From Raillietiella orientalis (taxonomy: Eukaryota), in the NCBI GenBank assembly GCA_036172245.1, contig JAYWIR010000053.1:434001-498000 (forward strand): a stretch of DNA of 64,000 nucleotides, given 5' to 3'. The notes beneath the pieces are model-generated. The model had not been told where the DNA came from, searched no databases, and worked only from the letters and a program-made list of their open reading frames with translations. How positions within the stretch are numbered: position 1 is the stretch's first letter; each line of letters starts with the position of its first letter. This document shows positions 1 through 11,925 of the stretch, in pieces. The position numbers and the translations under genes are program-made.

Positions 1-179
1 GACATCTGGGAATAAAGGAGAAGGAAGACCGATGGAATGGAAGCACGAATGGAGATACCTTCAATGACATTAAGGCTATCGCAAAAGCGGCGATAGCACT
101 TGGCATGTGAAACCCGTCTTCAATTAAAGTCAGCGAACGTGTGACATGACCGATGAGAAGTTTAGCAAAGTAAAACGGT

Positions 180-1720
180 GGAGTTTCAAGAACCTGAAAC
201 AGAACACGACACCTGTTTCGAATATATCTACCTGCAATTTTCAGTGACTGTAATGTTTGGTCACTGAAAAACAGCATACAAAGAGCATTTCATTCTGCCC
301 GATTCTGAGGGTTACCTGTTCATCGGAAGAAAGAGAAATTCTGAACGAAAACACTGCCACAGAGCGAGTGGAATTTGGATCTCTATAAAGAGATCTCGAA
401 AAACGCCGACACCAAGGAAGCGTCTATCGACTGGACATTCAATTCGCTTGTGACTTCAGAAGATACTGGCTGGCAGGCAATGCAGAGAGGTAGCATGAAG
501 AAAGAGAATCAGCTGGTCCCCATCAAGCACGTGATTCATGAGCCGCAGCAGACATACTGAATTTCTCTTCTTTCACAGTTCCCTGCTGTAGTGGGCTAAG
601 AATCCCCTGATGACTCTTGATTTGACGATTTAACGAGCATGTGGTTTTTTCGCACACGTTCAACGTAAAAAGAACAGAAGCTAAATATACAATCATGAAG
701 TATCCCTAATCTCTACCTATCTTTCTCTGGTTAAGAACGCAAGGCTTCTATGTAAGAGTTTCGAGAAGACAGTGAGGATCACCAAGATTTGGAAATTGTT
801 CTGAACCTCACAGGAGGAGAATGGCATTACGTGCTGTATCGAGTATAGCTGGGAAAGGGGCAAAGCCTGATGTAGTTGCAGCTTCACTCTTAAGCGATGA
901 AGCCCATCCTAGTGTAAAAGATAACAGAGGACAGTCACCCTCACTTTCCGCTAGTGGTCCTGGCAGTGTAGCTTCTTTTCTTTTTCGGAAGACAAGATTT
1001 GCATGGAGACGAATACCTACATAGAGAGAGAACGAAGAATTGCCTGGGAGGGTTAAAGCTGGCGGATGAATCGGTCACGCTGATTATGAACAGGTGTCTT
1101 CCGTTACTCACCCCTCCAGGCAGTGAGGTGAACAAACGGGCACAAGAAACTCTTGAGGACATGGTCCAGAAGAAAATCTTGGAATCGCTTTCAGATAGGG
1201 ATCCCTGAGAACACATGGCAGTCCATTGCTTTGAAAAAATTCCTAGGCACACCAAAGAGATACAGAAGTTGTAGATTAAAAGAAGAAAGGCTTCGAGGGG
1301 AAACGTGCTATAAATCCGCCTTCCAGAACGATTGAAGGCGTCACTTTCAGAAGAAATAGGAGAACATTTGCGTCCTTCGTGAGGGCATTGCAAAGAGAGC
1401 ACGCTCGGCAATCCCTGGCAGGAAAGCATCCCGATCAAGGAAGAGCCATGCTGAGCGTGAAACTGGGCAGCACCCTACGTTGCGAAACTTCCTCGGCAGC
1501 AGAAGAGGCTCGCGAACGAAGAGAAACATTCCGCAAATAGGCGGAGGAAGATTCGTTTGCTCCACGGGCAATTCCATTGCACATAATGGGCCGATCCCGG
1601 AAACAAGTCTCCGTGCGGTGCCAGCACAGTTCAGGAGGTAGACAGAGGAGCCACTAGCAACGGGAAGATGGCTAAGGCAATCAAACTCTCAGGTCTTCGT
1701 GGCGCTCAAACTATGCCATA
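180..1720 (+). mobile_element. Highly degenerate non-LTR retrotransposon RT remnant (possibly RLE-type, R4/NeSL-like)
   Basis: Broken RT-like motifs in the expected order across frames: QRAFH, WNLDLYKE (~LDL.KAF), MQRG...LVP (~RG..QG..LSP), FDDL (~YADD), then LLHGQF. Many stops and frameshifts. Confidence 0.3.
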
Positions 1721-1749
1721 CTGAGAGGCTGGATCACTCAGCAGGAAAG

Positions 1750-2335
1750 CAACGCGCACCCGTGCCCTCATTCACACCAAAGTGAGACAGAACTTTTGCC
1801 ACGTGGGCTACGAAAGCGTCACAGAACCACCTGTGTCGCGGTACTTCCGTGTCGATCGTGTGCCACCATTTTAGCTTCAAGGGGAGTGTCTGAAGAAAAA
1901 TTAAAGTTTCACTCAACATTTCGTCTCCCAAGAAACCCTGCAGCTCTGAAAAGACATAGCGTTCGAGACAGAACAGCGAAAAAGGGAAGCTGATGGAAAA
2001 GCTCGTCCGAGACGGACCGAGCGTTTGCCGCGGCCCCACTCCGTGGGCGTCTGCAGCCTGAAAACTCCGAAAGAACGAGGGAAGGGGTTTCGCGGCACCA
2101 GGAAGATTTTCCTAGTCCGCAATCGAGGGGGAACCGCTGCTAAGTGGCCGAACTTTGAATACCATCCGGAAGTGATCGGATAGCTCCGACCGCACCTTGC
2201 CGCGCCTGCGCGAGCCGATGCACAGATGCCGATCAAGGAAAACGTGGTCGATGGTGCGCGTGTGCACCGCTGTGCACACCTCGTGGACCGAGGCGCCTTC
2301 TCCTGACAGAAGGCGCACGTTGAAGTTTTTCACAC
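1750..2335 (-). mobile_element. Non-LTR retrotransposon APE endonuclease fragment
   Basis: ORF 2112..2333(-) has NFNV...RTIDHVFL...LSDHF, matching the C-terminal APE motifs GDFN / IDH / SDH. Confidence 0.55.
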
Positions 2336-2759
2336 GCTCACGTTGAGAGGTTTCGTTTATAAAAGGAAATCAGTGGGTTGGGAAAAAAAGTTGCCAGCCG
2401 ACGACAACAAGAAACGAAGGGTAGGTGCGCGGCCACGAAGGGTGGGAAGACGGAATGTCCAGAACGGGCAGGGACAAGGGCACAAAAAAAAAGAAACAAG
2501 CTGGGTGGGAAGGGGTATCTTTGGTATCGCTCTGCGTATATCGCGATCAGAGGGGAAAGCGTCGGCAAAGTGACGCAACGAATGGGTAAGGGGCAGCAAA
2601 GAGAAAATCAACAAAAAAAAGGAAGAAAGGGAACAAGGATCCTGGCTTTAGGGGGGGAAGACGGATGGGCGCGCGCGCAGCAAGGCGCGTCCGCACCGCA
2701 GGCGAGATCGCCGGCTCACCCGCCGGAAGGTGGGAGTTCTCACCCGGTCACGCCGAGGC

Positions 2760-5700
2760 GTTTATTAATAAACACTTTACATTAGCGGTACTAGGCCCCG
2801 CTACGACCAATAGTTGATGAGACGTGCCAGGAAGCCGGTTCGCAGACCGGCTTGACTATCCTCGGCAGCGGAGGGGAGAGGGGGTAAAACAAAAAGAAAA
2901 ATAAATGAAACAAACAAAAAGAAACTATTTGGAGGGCCGGGAAGGTATCACAACCCGCTGGAGGAAGAGACCATTCTTTCCCGGATGCCCTCGAGGTCCC
3001 TCGTCATAGCTCCCAGATGGGACCCGCCGATCGCGATTCGCAGGTAGCGACCCGCGTGTACGATGGGGTCCCTATCGCTGCTTCCTCTGTTGGCTGCGCT
3101 CCAGGCGGCCACAATCCCTCGGAGGCAGCAGAGCGCTGCCACGGTTGAGGCTGGTGGCAGGGCGTCTCGCACGAAGAGGAGTCGCACAACGTCTCTGGAA
3201 ATACTGCCGACCGGCATACGGAGGGTCGTAGCAAAACGTTCCCACAAGGGCCGGAGGGCAGCGCAGTCCACTAACAAGTGGGGGAGGGATTCCTTCTCCC
3301 CGCACACTGCACAGTTCTGTCCCATGTTCCCCAACGTCCAGTGGTGGCGTCTCGCGTTGCAGGGAAGACCCCAGTGCAACAACAGCAGCGCCGTTTCCTG
3401 CCACTTGAGGGGGAGGGTGGATGCGTCTCTGAATAACGGGAACCACATTAGGTAATCCAACGGGATGCCAAGCAGCTCGCCCCATCTCTGGATTTTTCGC
3501 GGGAGAACGCTTGGGGTCGCGGCGTCAGCCAGTACCCTCATGGTCCACCCAATTAACTACTTCTCCTTGCCCGCTATCCGGCAGGTGAGTTGCCACGTCG
3601 GTTTCCGGCTGTTATGAAGCGCCTTTCTCAGGTATGGCAGTGCCGTGGTTAGTGGAGTCGTCTCCGCCCACGTGCTTCTGGCGAGACACTCGATCATGTT
3701 CCGCAGAGTGCAGCGGGTGTAGAAGCCGGGACGCAGGCGGCTGCAGGATTCTCCACTAGGCTGGTTTAACTTCGTCCACGTTCCAACTGTTTCTTCCAGC
3801 CATACGCTGGAGTTGGCGGGGCTGCAGGCCATCCAACCGTTCTCCTTTGCCAAAGTGGCCATGCGTCCCAGGAGAAGGCCGCATCTTCTTATTTTCTGGC
3901 CGGGGCACAGAAGAAAAGACGTGAGTCCTCCAGTCCCGGACACACGTCTGGCAAGGAGGCGGGCCGGAACGCATCAAAGGGTGCTCCACATCTTCGCCGC
4001 GATGGCTAGAGTACACCACCGCAGCTGTGTTTTTATGCTCTCCAGCGTCAGGACTCTAAGACCTCCGTCCCGACGTGGATCGCACAAATCCTCCAGAGGC
4101 ACACGAGGCCTCCCGCCGCCCCACAGGGCGATGCGCTGGTGGCCCTTCGTTCTCTGTTTCATCTCACGGGGTACGGGCAAACAAAAAGCAGGGGGCGAAG
4201 GAGGGGGGCCGCGAACGCGTTCCACACCGTGCCCCTCCGGAGAGAATGAGGAAGGACATTCCCTTCGGGGTTCCCCTTCGGAGACAAACAGGGTGGGAGG
4301 TGCGATCCCCCCGTCCGGGGGGATCCCTCCCCAAGCGTCAGAGGAACGGACTCCGAGTCCTTCCTGGATTTATAGGGAGGACTTACCATCCAGGGGTGCC
4401 CCTATCCTTAAGAATTACACGCCCCACTGCGAGTTGCCGTGGGTGGAGAGGCGTGGAAACAAAGAACCCAAGGATTTCTATCGTCCGGAGAAGTGAAACT
4501 TTCCTTCCAGGAACGGGCCGATCGCCGACTCCACTTTCTGGAGACGATCTGAACAGGCTTCTGACTGGAAGAAGTCCCCCAACGGAACGCCGAGGTACTT
4601 CAGGTACCTCTCCGTGGGGATACCTAGGCGGATCCAATCAGGTCATCTTGCCCACGCTGCATCAACCGCAACCAGCGATCCGTAGTCGCTGTCCCCGTAA
4701 TCCTGTTCACCCGTAGTCCTGTCCCGCGGCTCAGCAAGTCGAAGAAATCCTCGACTGCCGAAGCCATGGGCTGCAGGAGCAGAAGATCGTCAGCATACCC
4801 CGACATGGCCGGCGTACCGGGGCACGAGCTCGGCAGGGCAGCCAGCGTCAGCCTGTACGCTATCAGCACCAACTCAAAGTAGATGCTGAAGAGCAACGGG
4901 CTTAAGCTATCTCTCTGTCTTATGTCTCTGCGCATGGCCACGCCGTACACGCGGGAGCCACTGAAATTCAAGTTGATAAGCAGGAGCGCAAGTACAGGAG
5001 GTGTTGGTTCGGAAGCCCAAGACGCTCCAGGAGCTCCAAAAGGAGTTCCTGGTTGACGCACTCGAATGCTTTATGCAAATCTACTGCGACTGCCAAGGCT
5101 CCCGGCCTTTCTCCCGTCCGTCGGCACTGGCGCTCGCAGTCGGCAGAAGGTCTTGCCGCTGTTCGGCTGTCCGCCGCAACGCGCTCTTGATGCTGCCACC
5201 AGGTGCGCGCGAAAAGAGGTTCGCATCCATGGACTATCCATGCCTCTTCCACGCGCGAACGTTCCGCCAGGGACCTCGTCTCGCTGGAAAGCAGGTGGAT
5301 GTTGAACTCCCCTGCGACGAGATGTGCCACTCTGGCTCCGGAGTTCCTGAGCCATTGGCTCTCCAGTACGTCGAAGAACTCGATTCTTTCGGCACGCCGA
5401 TGAAAGCCGCTCGGCACGTAGACGTTCGTCACGACGAGGTCGATTGAATCTAACTTGTTCCCCGTTTTTTCCGTTTCCTCGATGGGAACCTCCCTTTCTT
5501 TCCGGGCCTTTACTAGCTGCCAGCCCTCCTCCCCCTCCACCACTTGGGAGGGTTGTTCCTCCGACTTCTTCGCCGGAGGTTGAGGTGCTGGCAGCTTCCG
5601 CTGGCAACTTCCTTCAATCGGTCTTGCGATTTTCTTCGCTCTTTTCACCTGCGCATTTTTGGCAGCAGGTGGCACCGGGGTGGGGCTCTTCGGACACACG

Positions 5701-5945
5701 CGCCGAACGTGACCCTTTTCCCCGCATAGGTGGCACACAATATTCGGGCACCTCTTTCGAAGGTGCCCTACTGCATTGCAGTGTCCACAATATCGGGGCT
5801 TCCCCACGTACCAGAGGTCCACCGGCTCTTGGCAGATCTCCAGTTTGTGGGGCAGCGCAATACCCTCTTTTACTGTGATACGCGCCGCAGCTTGACCTCC
5901 GAAAAGGCTATTGTAGCCCCCTCCCCATAAACAACGTCCTCCAAG
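2760..5945 (-). mobile_element. L1/Tx1-like non-LTR retrotransposon copy A, internally deleted and frameshifted
   Basis: ORF1 Y-G-P with two CCHC knuckles (CGHCNAVGHLRKRC, CHLCGEKGHVRRVC); APE motifs NVYVPS and AGEFN; RT motifs VDLHKAF, RQRDSLSPLLF, GYADD, GLRVN, KYLGVP; LW..GGL thumb region; C-terminal CAVCGEKESLPHLLVDC finger (2948..3541); T-rich 3' UTR ending in AATAAA near 2761. Confidence 0.9.
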
Positions 5946-6149
5946 CGTTGTTTTTCGTTTTTTGTATTTTTTTTTCCTTTTTCCCGTCCCCTTCGCGAGT
6001 GGAGAAGGCTTTACCGGTACTCAAGTCGGAAAACAAGTGCATAACAATACGAACAATGTGTTCCGAGAGGAACACAAATACAATTAAAAATCAATCGACT
6101 GCAATACGTTTTTACAAAATAAAAGCCCCGGCTCACCTGGGTGAAAACA

Positions 6150-6760
6150 CCAGTGGACACAGGATAGCATGGACGTTCATTGGGGCAGGTGCGGGAAGAA
6201 AGAGACCTCCTATATCTGCTATTGGACTGTGCTGTCCTTTGACCCCTTTGAGACCCCCAAGCGGCGATCCTTAGGATCCAGGTGGACTGCCTCAGGGACA
6301 TTTTAAAACTCTTCTTCGTGCCTGGTGCTGCACTGCCGCCAGCCGCGTCCCTCGCAGTTCTCTGCTGTCTTTGCAAAATTATGGCAGCCTGGAACGCGGG
6401 AAGAAGAGGCTGAAATGGAAGGGACACCATTCATTGGACGCTTATCCTCCTGAAGAACTCCTTGAAATTATCCCATCTGGGCAACATACGGACCGAACTT
6501 GCCAGCATCCTGGACAGGATACAGAGGACATCTTGCAGACAGCAATGATCCCTTCCCCGATCCCCCCATCCCTTCTCAGAAAAAGTTTTTTTTACTCTTT
6601 GGCTTCTTTGTCTGTTTGTTTGTATCTGATTTTACCTTCACCTTCGCTAACAGAACGGGTCTTGCTGGTCTTTGCACCGGCACTTGTCAGGATTATTGCA
6701 CGCGGTAGAACGAAGTGTTCTACCACAAAATGTATTTTTGTTGTTATCTGATGATGAATA
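6150..6760 (+). mobile_element. Tx1-like 3' fragment, copy B (same family as copy A)
   Basis: Translates with stops to LLYLLLDCAVL*PL...RDILKLFFVPGAALPPAASLAVLCCLCKIMAAWNA, collinear with copy A LPHLLVDCAALRPLW...RDVVRLLFVRDALPPASTVAALCCLRGIVAAWSA. The 3' UTRs are also similar. Confidence 0.8.
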
Positions 6761-6899
6761 TCCCTGCATAACCTGATGAAAAAAACCAATGCTATCGCGA
6801 AGAGGGACAAGGAACGAGCTCCATTCTTGCATGAGTACTGTCTTCAAATAACATCCCAGATTCATAGAAGACTATGGAAGTGTTTTTCAGAACTGGAGA

Positions 6900-8450
6900 A
6901 ACCGCTCATGCAAACCAGTTGTTTAATTCATTTGGAAAATGCAGTGCTTTAGAGAATCCACGCGCTCACTTGTGTTCCTGTTTCCATTTGCTGCAAGATT
7001 CCTCATTCTAGCCTGTAACCTTTTTAGCAGAAACCTCTCATTTGTCCCATCAGGATTCGGAGGTTGGCGCTATACCTAGGACAGCGACGTCGAAAACAGC
7101 TTTCAGCTTGGTATATAGCAACGTTGCTCTTGTTAGCTCTTTTTTTGTCCATATTTGAACTGAGTTGATCCTAAATTCCGCTACATAAGATCCTTGTTAA
7201 ATTGATTACCTCTATACATTATGACGTACCCTAGCATTTAATGGGAGGATTTATTTTGAAAAAAATGCAGCTCATATATTGCCAATAAATAATTATTATC
7301 GTCCTTTTTCACGCTCAAACCAAGATTTGTGTGGATAAAGAGAATTATTTTTTAATTTTAGCTAAGATTTTTCATAACAAAGGATAAGATTTGAAGAATT
7401 ATTCATCCATAAAACGCCTTTTGAGATGTGAGAACTCATCTTTAGCGATTTCTTTTTTGCAGCATGGCTAAAAGTACGTTATTCTTTAGATTTAGCATTC
7501 TAACATGTAGAAATTATCGACAGAACTAATAGCAAGACGACGACAGTTTTTTCTAAAGCTTATTCCATCAGTTAAAAGTTGAACCTCTGAATAGTAGTAT
7601 TGAGCTTTATGTTCCAAAGCTCAATATTACTCAATACTATCGAGAGTAACTTATTGCTGTTGTATTCTAAAATGATATGGGGAATTAGCAGAATTGGATT
7701 TTAAATGCTACGTTATTGCATGCCCCCTTTCAAGAAGTCACGTCGTTACCAAAATGGATACTTACTAAACTCTGGAATATTTGTGACTTTGTATCTGAGT
7801 TCTCAGCACCTTCAAACAAATTTCTCTGTGAATCAAATTAGGTAACAGTGTTTAACAGTCGCATTTCTAGAATCAAAATTACCGAATGCAAATAATATTT
7901 TTGGTTTTGTTTCTTCATGGATTCTGAGGATTTCGATAAAACAGCACAATATTTTAGATACCTTGGCTTCTTATTTAGTGAATTTTTTATCACTGCAGAC
8001 ATCCATGCTGTTGATAAGAATCGAAATCTTTGGGTTTACATTACGTGTAAACTGTTGCTCCACTCTGAGGATGTTTGTTGTCTGATGTCCTCATTAATGA
8101 TCTTCAGATGTTGTGAAGTTTTCTAGAAGACACGAAAGCTCCTTTAACAATGATAATATTTTTATCTTCTCTTACTTGAAAAAAAAAATGCCTCCCTAGC
8201 TTGATTGGATGAGTTTTTCTTTTATTTATTCATTCGTTCACGTTTTCTCGCAACATTATTTTGTCGCCCGATGACTCTTCTGACTCTAGTGCTCCCACTG
8301 TTTTGTGTACTTGTGCATCAGGAAAGACTGAATTTTTTCGGAAACCTGATTCCTGTGGGTCAGAAAGAGTGTCGTGGTCATCCGGAGTGTCTAGCCGCAG
8401 ATGTTTGCAGCAACAATCTTGCAGGCAATGGAACATGCAGCCTTAGTGCA
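6900..8450 (-). mobile_element. Very degenerate AT-rich non-LTR RT remnant(s)
   Basis: Scattered motifs on the minus strand: QESGFRKNS (~Q.GFR), PKDFDSYQ (~sYRPI), LGLSVKK (~GL.VN..K). Confidence 0.25.
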
Positions 8451-8937
8451 TGGTGCCTTCATTGCAAGTCATCTCAGACCTTACTTCCTGAAAGTCACAC
8501 AGGCTTTGTTTCCTTTTTCTTTGAATCGCTTTCACTGAAGGTTGCAGTGTGATGAATCTTGATGCTGCTGCATAAAGTTCGAGTTTTCCTTGCTAACTCT
8601 TCCTGCAGCTTTTAATTATAATGCTGTTTTAAGGATTCCAGTGATTTCGAAAGGAGTCTGGCAGGGGAGATGGTCCAACGAATGCTTCTCACGACTTCTA
8701 ATTTTCCGTGCATGTGCCACCAAAGAAAATTCTAGAAATCTCTTGATCGTCTATTCCTTGCTGTTTTGGAATTCTTGTGATTTTCTAACCATAATATGAT
8801 GATGCAGGGCTTACAAGAAAGCTGAGCGCATTGATTTTCGCAGCGATATTGAATAGCGGCTGCATTGCTGCCCGTAAACTGCAGCATTTATTTTGAAAAA
8901 AGTGGTCCAGTTAACACCTGAAAATTCGAAACTAGTA

Positions 8938-11113
8938 ATGGGTGGAGCGGACAACATCCAGAAGCTGTACGAGAATTACGAAATCATTTCGAATGCAATC
9001 AACAAGAAAGAAGTGCATAAGGTTTGTGCTATGTCGGTTATTGGACATTTTCTTGTTTGCACGTTAAAGGAAGTTAATGTTTGTCAAGCATGTATGTAAG
9101 ATGCGACTACTACGAGTTTGATATGTATTACCTATTAACCCCTTTGCCAAGCGTTGTGAGTTCATTTCTCCTCTGCTTTTTTTTTTCATTAAGCATGAAA
9201 AGGAATTCATGGAGATTCTGAGAGCAGTGAAAGGAACTGACAATGACAAAAGACTGGCTTCTCAGTTTATTGTAAGATTGTTCAAACATTTCCCAAATCT
9301 GACCACGAGAACGATAGATGCACAGTTGGACTTGTGTGAAGATGAAAATGTAGCTGTAAGCCACTGTTTTAATTGTTTTTGCATGTGTGTGTGTGTGTGT
9401 GTGTGTTATCCTTTTTGATTCCTTAGGAAGCATAAACTTTTCCTAAGCATTTTGGAGCACGGATGCAGTGACGCTCCAAAGCTTTGTTTCTCTAGTGAAA
9501 TTGCTTGCTTATTAAAAGTCAGATTGATCATGATCTATTTGCAACATTTTGCATGCATAGATTCAAGTCTTGAAGCTTTACTTTAATGTTAAACTGGCTT
9601 TTCAATAAGCCTGTTTTCCAAAGATCCGTTACCTTTTCCTTATTAGTTTCAGTTTAGCAAAGTGGGCAAGTATTTTGTTATTTTGTGGTATTTGTTTTGC
9701 TAGATTCGTAAGCAAGCTATCAGGGATCTCCCAAGTTTGTGTAAGGACTGCTTAGAATATTTGCCAAAATTGGCTGACGTTTTGGCACAGTTACTTCAGA
9801 CTAATGATGCTTCAGAGTTAGTAGTAGTGCAAAACTCTTTGATGACTCTCTTCCAGATAGATGCTAAAGGTAAGCAATGTTTGTTCTACTGTTTTCAGTA
9901 AAGTATGTGCACAGGTACTTTGGGTGGATTGTTTAGCCAAATCATAGGAGGAGAAGATATTGTTCGAGAAAGAGCTATCAAATTTCTACTCAATAAAGTT
10001 AAAATCTTAGGACCTGACTTTATGACCCCAGAGGTTGAGAAAGTGTTGTTGCATGAAACCAAAAAGGCCTTACAAGTATCTCCTGTTGTTTTATCATGCA
10101 AATAGTGTATTTTTCTTGTGTTAGGACGTAACTGCTGAGGAATTTGTCATGTTCATGAGTATTCTGCAATGCACATCATTGGCAGGAACTGTATCAGGAC
10201 AACAGCTTTTAGTTGACTTGGTAGCTGAACAAGCTGAACTCGACAAACCTTTTAATCCAGAGGAGCTTGAGCAGCTGGATCGTTTGCTACAGTGTATTCG
10301 CCATGCTCTACCTTTTTTTTCTGTATGTATAACCATTTTCTACTTGTGCCTTATGTATCACAGTCTCAAGTATCATCATATCCTTTTATACGTTATTTAT
10401 GTCTGCAAGTAGCACCTCAATGGCAGCACATCAGTAGCAGTGAGGAATCCCTAGAGCTCCTTAAACTACAAGCTGAACTGGCTGGTTACGTGGGCAACAA
10501 CATAGCAGATGGGGAGACCATACTGACTGCCTTGCATCAAGTGCTCATGCACTACCTGCCTATCCCTTCACTAAGTGTCCACGATGAGAGCTTAGATGCC
10601 CTGCCCGATGGTGCTGATGGTACACCTCTGCAGTTGTCTCATGTGGAAGCTCTATTATTAGCCTTTCACCGATTGGCTGCCCATGTACCCACCTTTCTCA
10701 CGCAGGATGGAGAACGCCTTAAAGAATTGCGCCAGCGATTGCAGTTTTTAGCTCGAAGTGTGCAAGGGTACATTCAAGGCTTACGCCAAACGTTGTCTGT
10801 ACAAACAGGGGCTCAGTTAAAAGCTGAAGAAAATAGGCTTAAAGTAGTCGCCCTTAAGACAACATCCAACATCAGTGCCCTTATCAAAGATCTATTCCAC
10901 ACTCCCCCCATCTACAGAGCCAACCCCAGTCCATCTTGGAAACCCCTAGCACCACAAAATCATGTTTCAGCATCCGTTAAGCGTAAGCCTATAACATTTA
11001 GTGAGGACCCCAGCTCTATGAAACAGCCTCGAGGAGCCCGGGAATTGTATCAACCCCCTGGTGGCAAATACAGCAATAAAGTGCAGGGATTTGGTAAGTA
11101 CAGGGTGCTGTGA
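8938..11113 (+). CDS. API5: Apoptosis inhibitor 5 (API5/AAC-11), ~506 aa, 6 exons
   Basis: Exons 8938-9021 (alternative donor 9013), 9194-9355, 9704-9869, 9915-10075, 10125-10322, 10364-11113 join in frame at GT-AG sites. Signature peptides KRLASQFIVRLFKHFP, AQLDLCEDE, GTLGGLFSQI..GEDIVRERAIKFL, KVVALKTTSNISALIKDLFH, YQPPGGKYS. A GTAAGT donor at 11094 could give an alternative C-terminus. Confidence 0.97.
9385..9405 (+). repeat. (GT)n microsatellite in API5 intron 2
   Basis: About ten TG units directly visible. Confidence 0.9.
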
Positions 11114-11177
11114 TCCCTGTGCTCCAGCCTGCAAATTAAAATTTACAAAGGTTGTATATGTCACACAAGTACACAGG

Positions 11178-11925
11178 TTAATCTGGTTGCAACATCACAT
11201 CTTGGGGTAGCAGGTCCAGCAGGAGGACATATTCAACCAGATTGGAGGCCTGACAGCGTTGACGTCCAAGTCGCCAGTGCAATCCTAGTTTATGGTACAA
11301 TTGGCTATTCTCCCACTGCAACATCTTCTCAATGGTAGCCTGAGTCTGCTTGCGTAGATTTCAATGGTTTCGCAAGGAAATTCAGTTACCCTTTTACTTA
11401 AGCACACCACAGGCCAGAATGAGCACCCCAAGGTACAGCAACAGCACAGAAAGCCGCAGAAGAGCCATTTCATATTGATAGGAAGAGTTTTTTGCAAGAC
11501 ATTATTGATACGAAACATAGTTGCCTGGAACTCCTCTGGAGCCACCTACACACCATAAATTAATGTAGTACTTGAAACATCTCGTATCTGAAACATCTCA
11601 CCTTGGCAGAAAGTAACTGAGGGAATTCCTCATCAAATTTGTTGCTTAATCCGAATCTACAAATAAAAAACATAAATGTACCGCGATGACATTTCAAAAC
11701 CAACATTGAAGTTCAGCTGTCTTCGTTGCTGTACAACAGTGATCCATGAAACCAAGGCCAGAATTTCACACATTACACATTATCAAAGAATGAAACTGCT
11801 TACACCGTTATGTTTCCGGATCCTTTAATCACCACAGGTTCGCTTAAACCAACTGGTGGTATACCTATGGTGGATGCATCAGTTTCTTCATCTTGTAATG
11901 CATATATTGCATCAAAATCTGCCAT
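11178..11925 (-). CDS. CHIC2: Cysteine-rich hydrophobic domain protein (CHIC1/CHIC2 family), 166 aa, 4 exons
   Basis: Exons 11925-11804, 11656-11602, 11545-11390, 11345-11178 give MADFDAIY...[25 protein letters not shown]...VAPEEF...WLFCGFLCCCCTLGCSFWPVVCLSKR...LYHKLGLHWRL...QPD*, collinear with CHIC2. Confidence 0.96.

Noticed and set aside
6745..6790. CTGATGA motifs suggesting a hammerhead ribozyme
   Set aside because: No stem II followed by GAAA and no closing helices could be built.
10076..10124. Possible U12-type intron (GTATCT donor)
   Set aside because: Does not match the GTATCCTT consensus and no TCCTTAAC branch site is visible.
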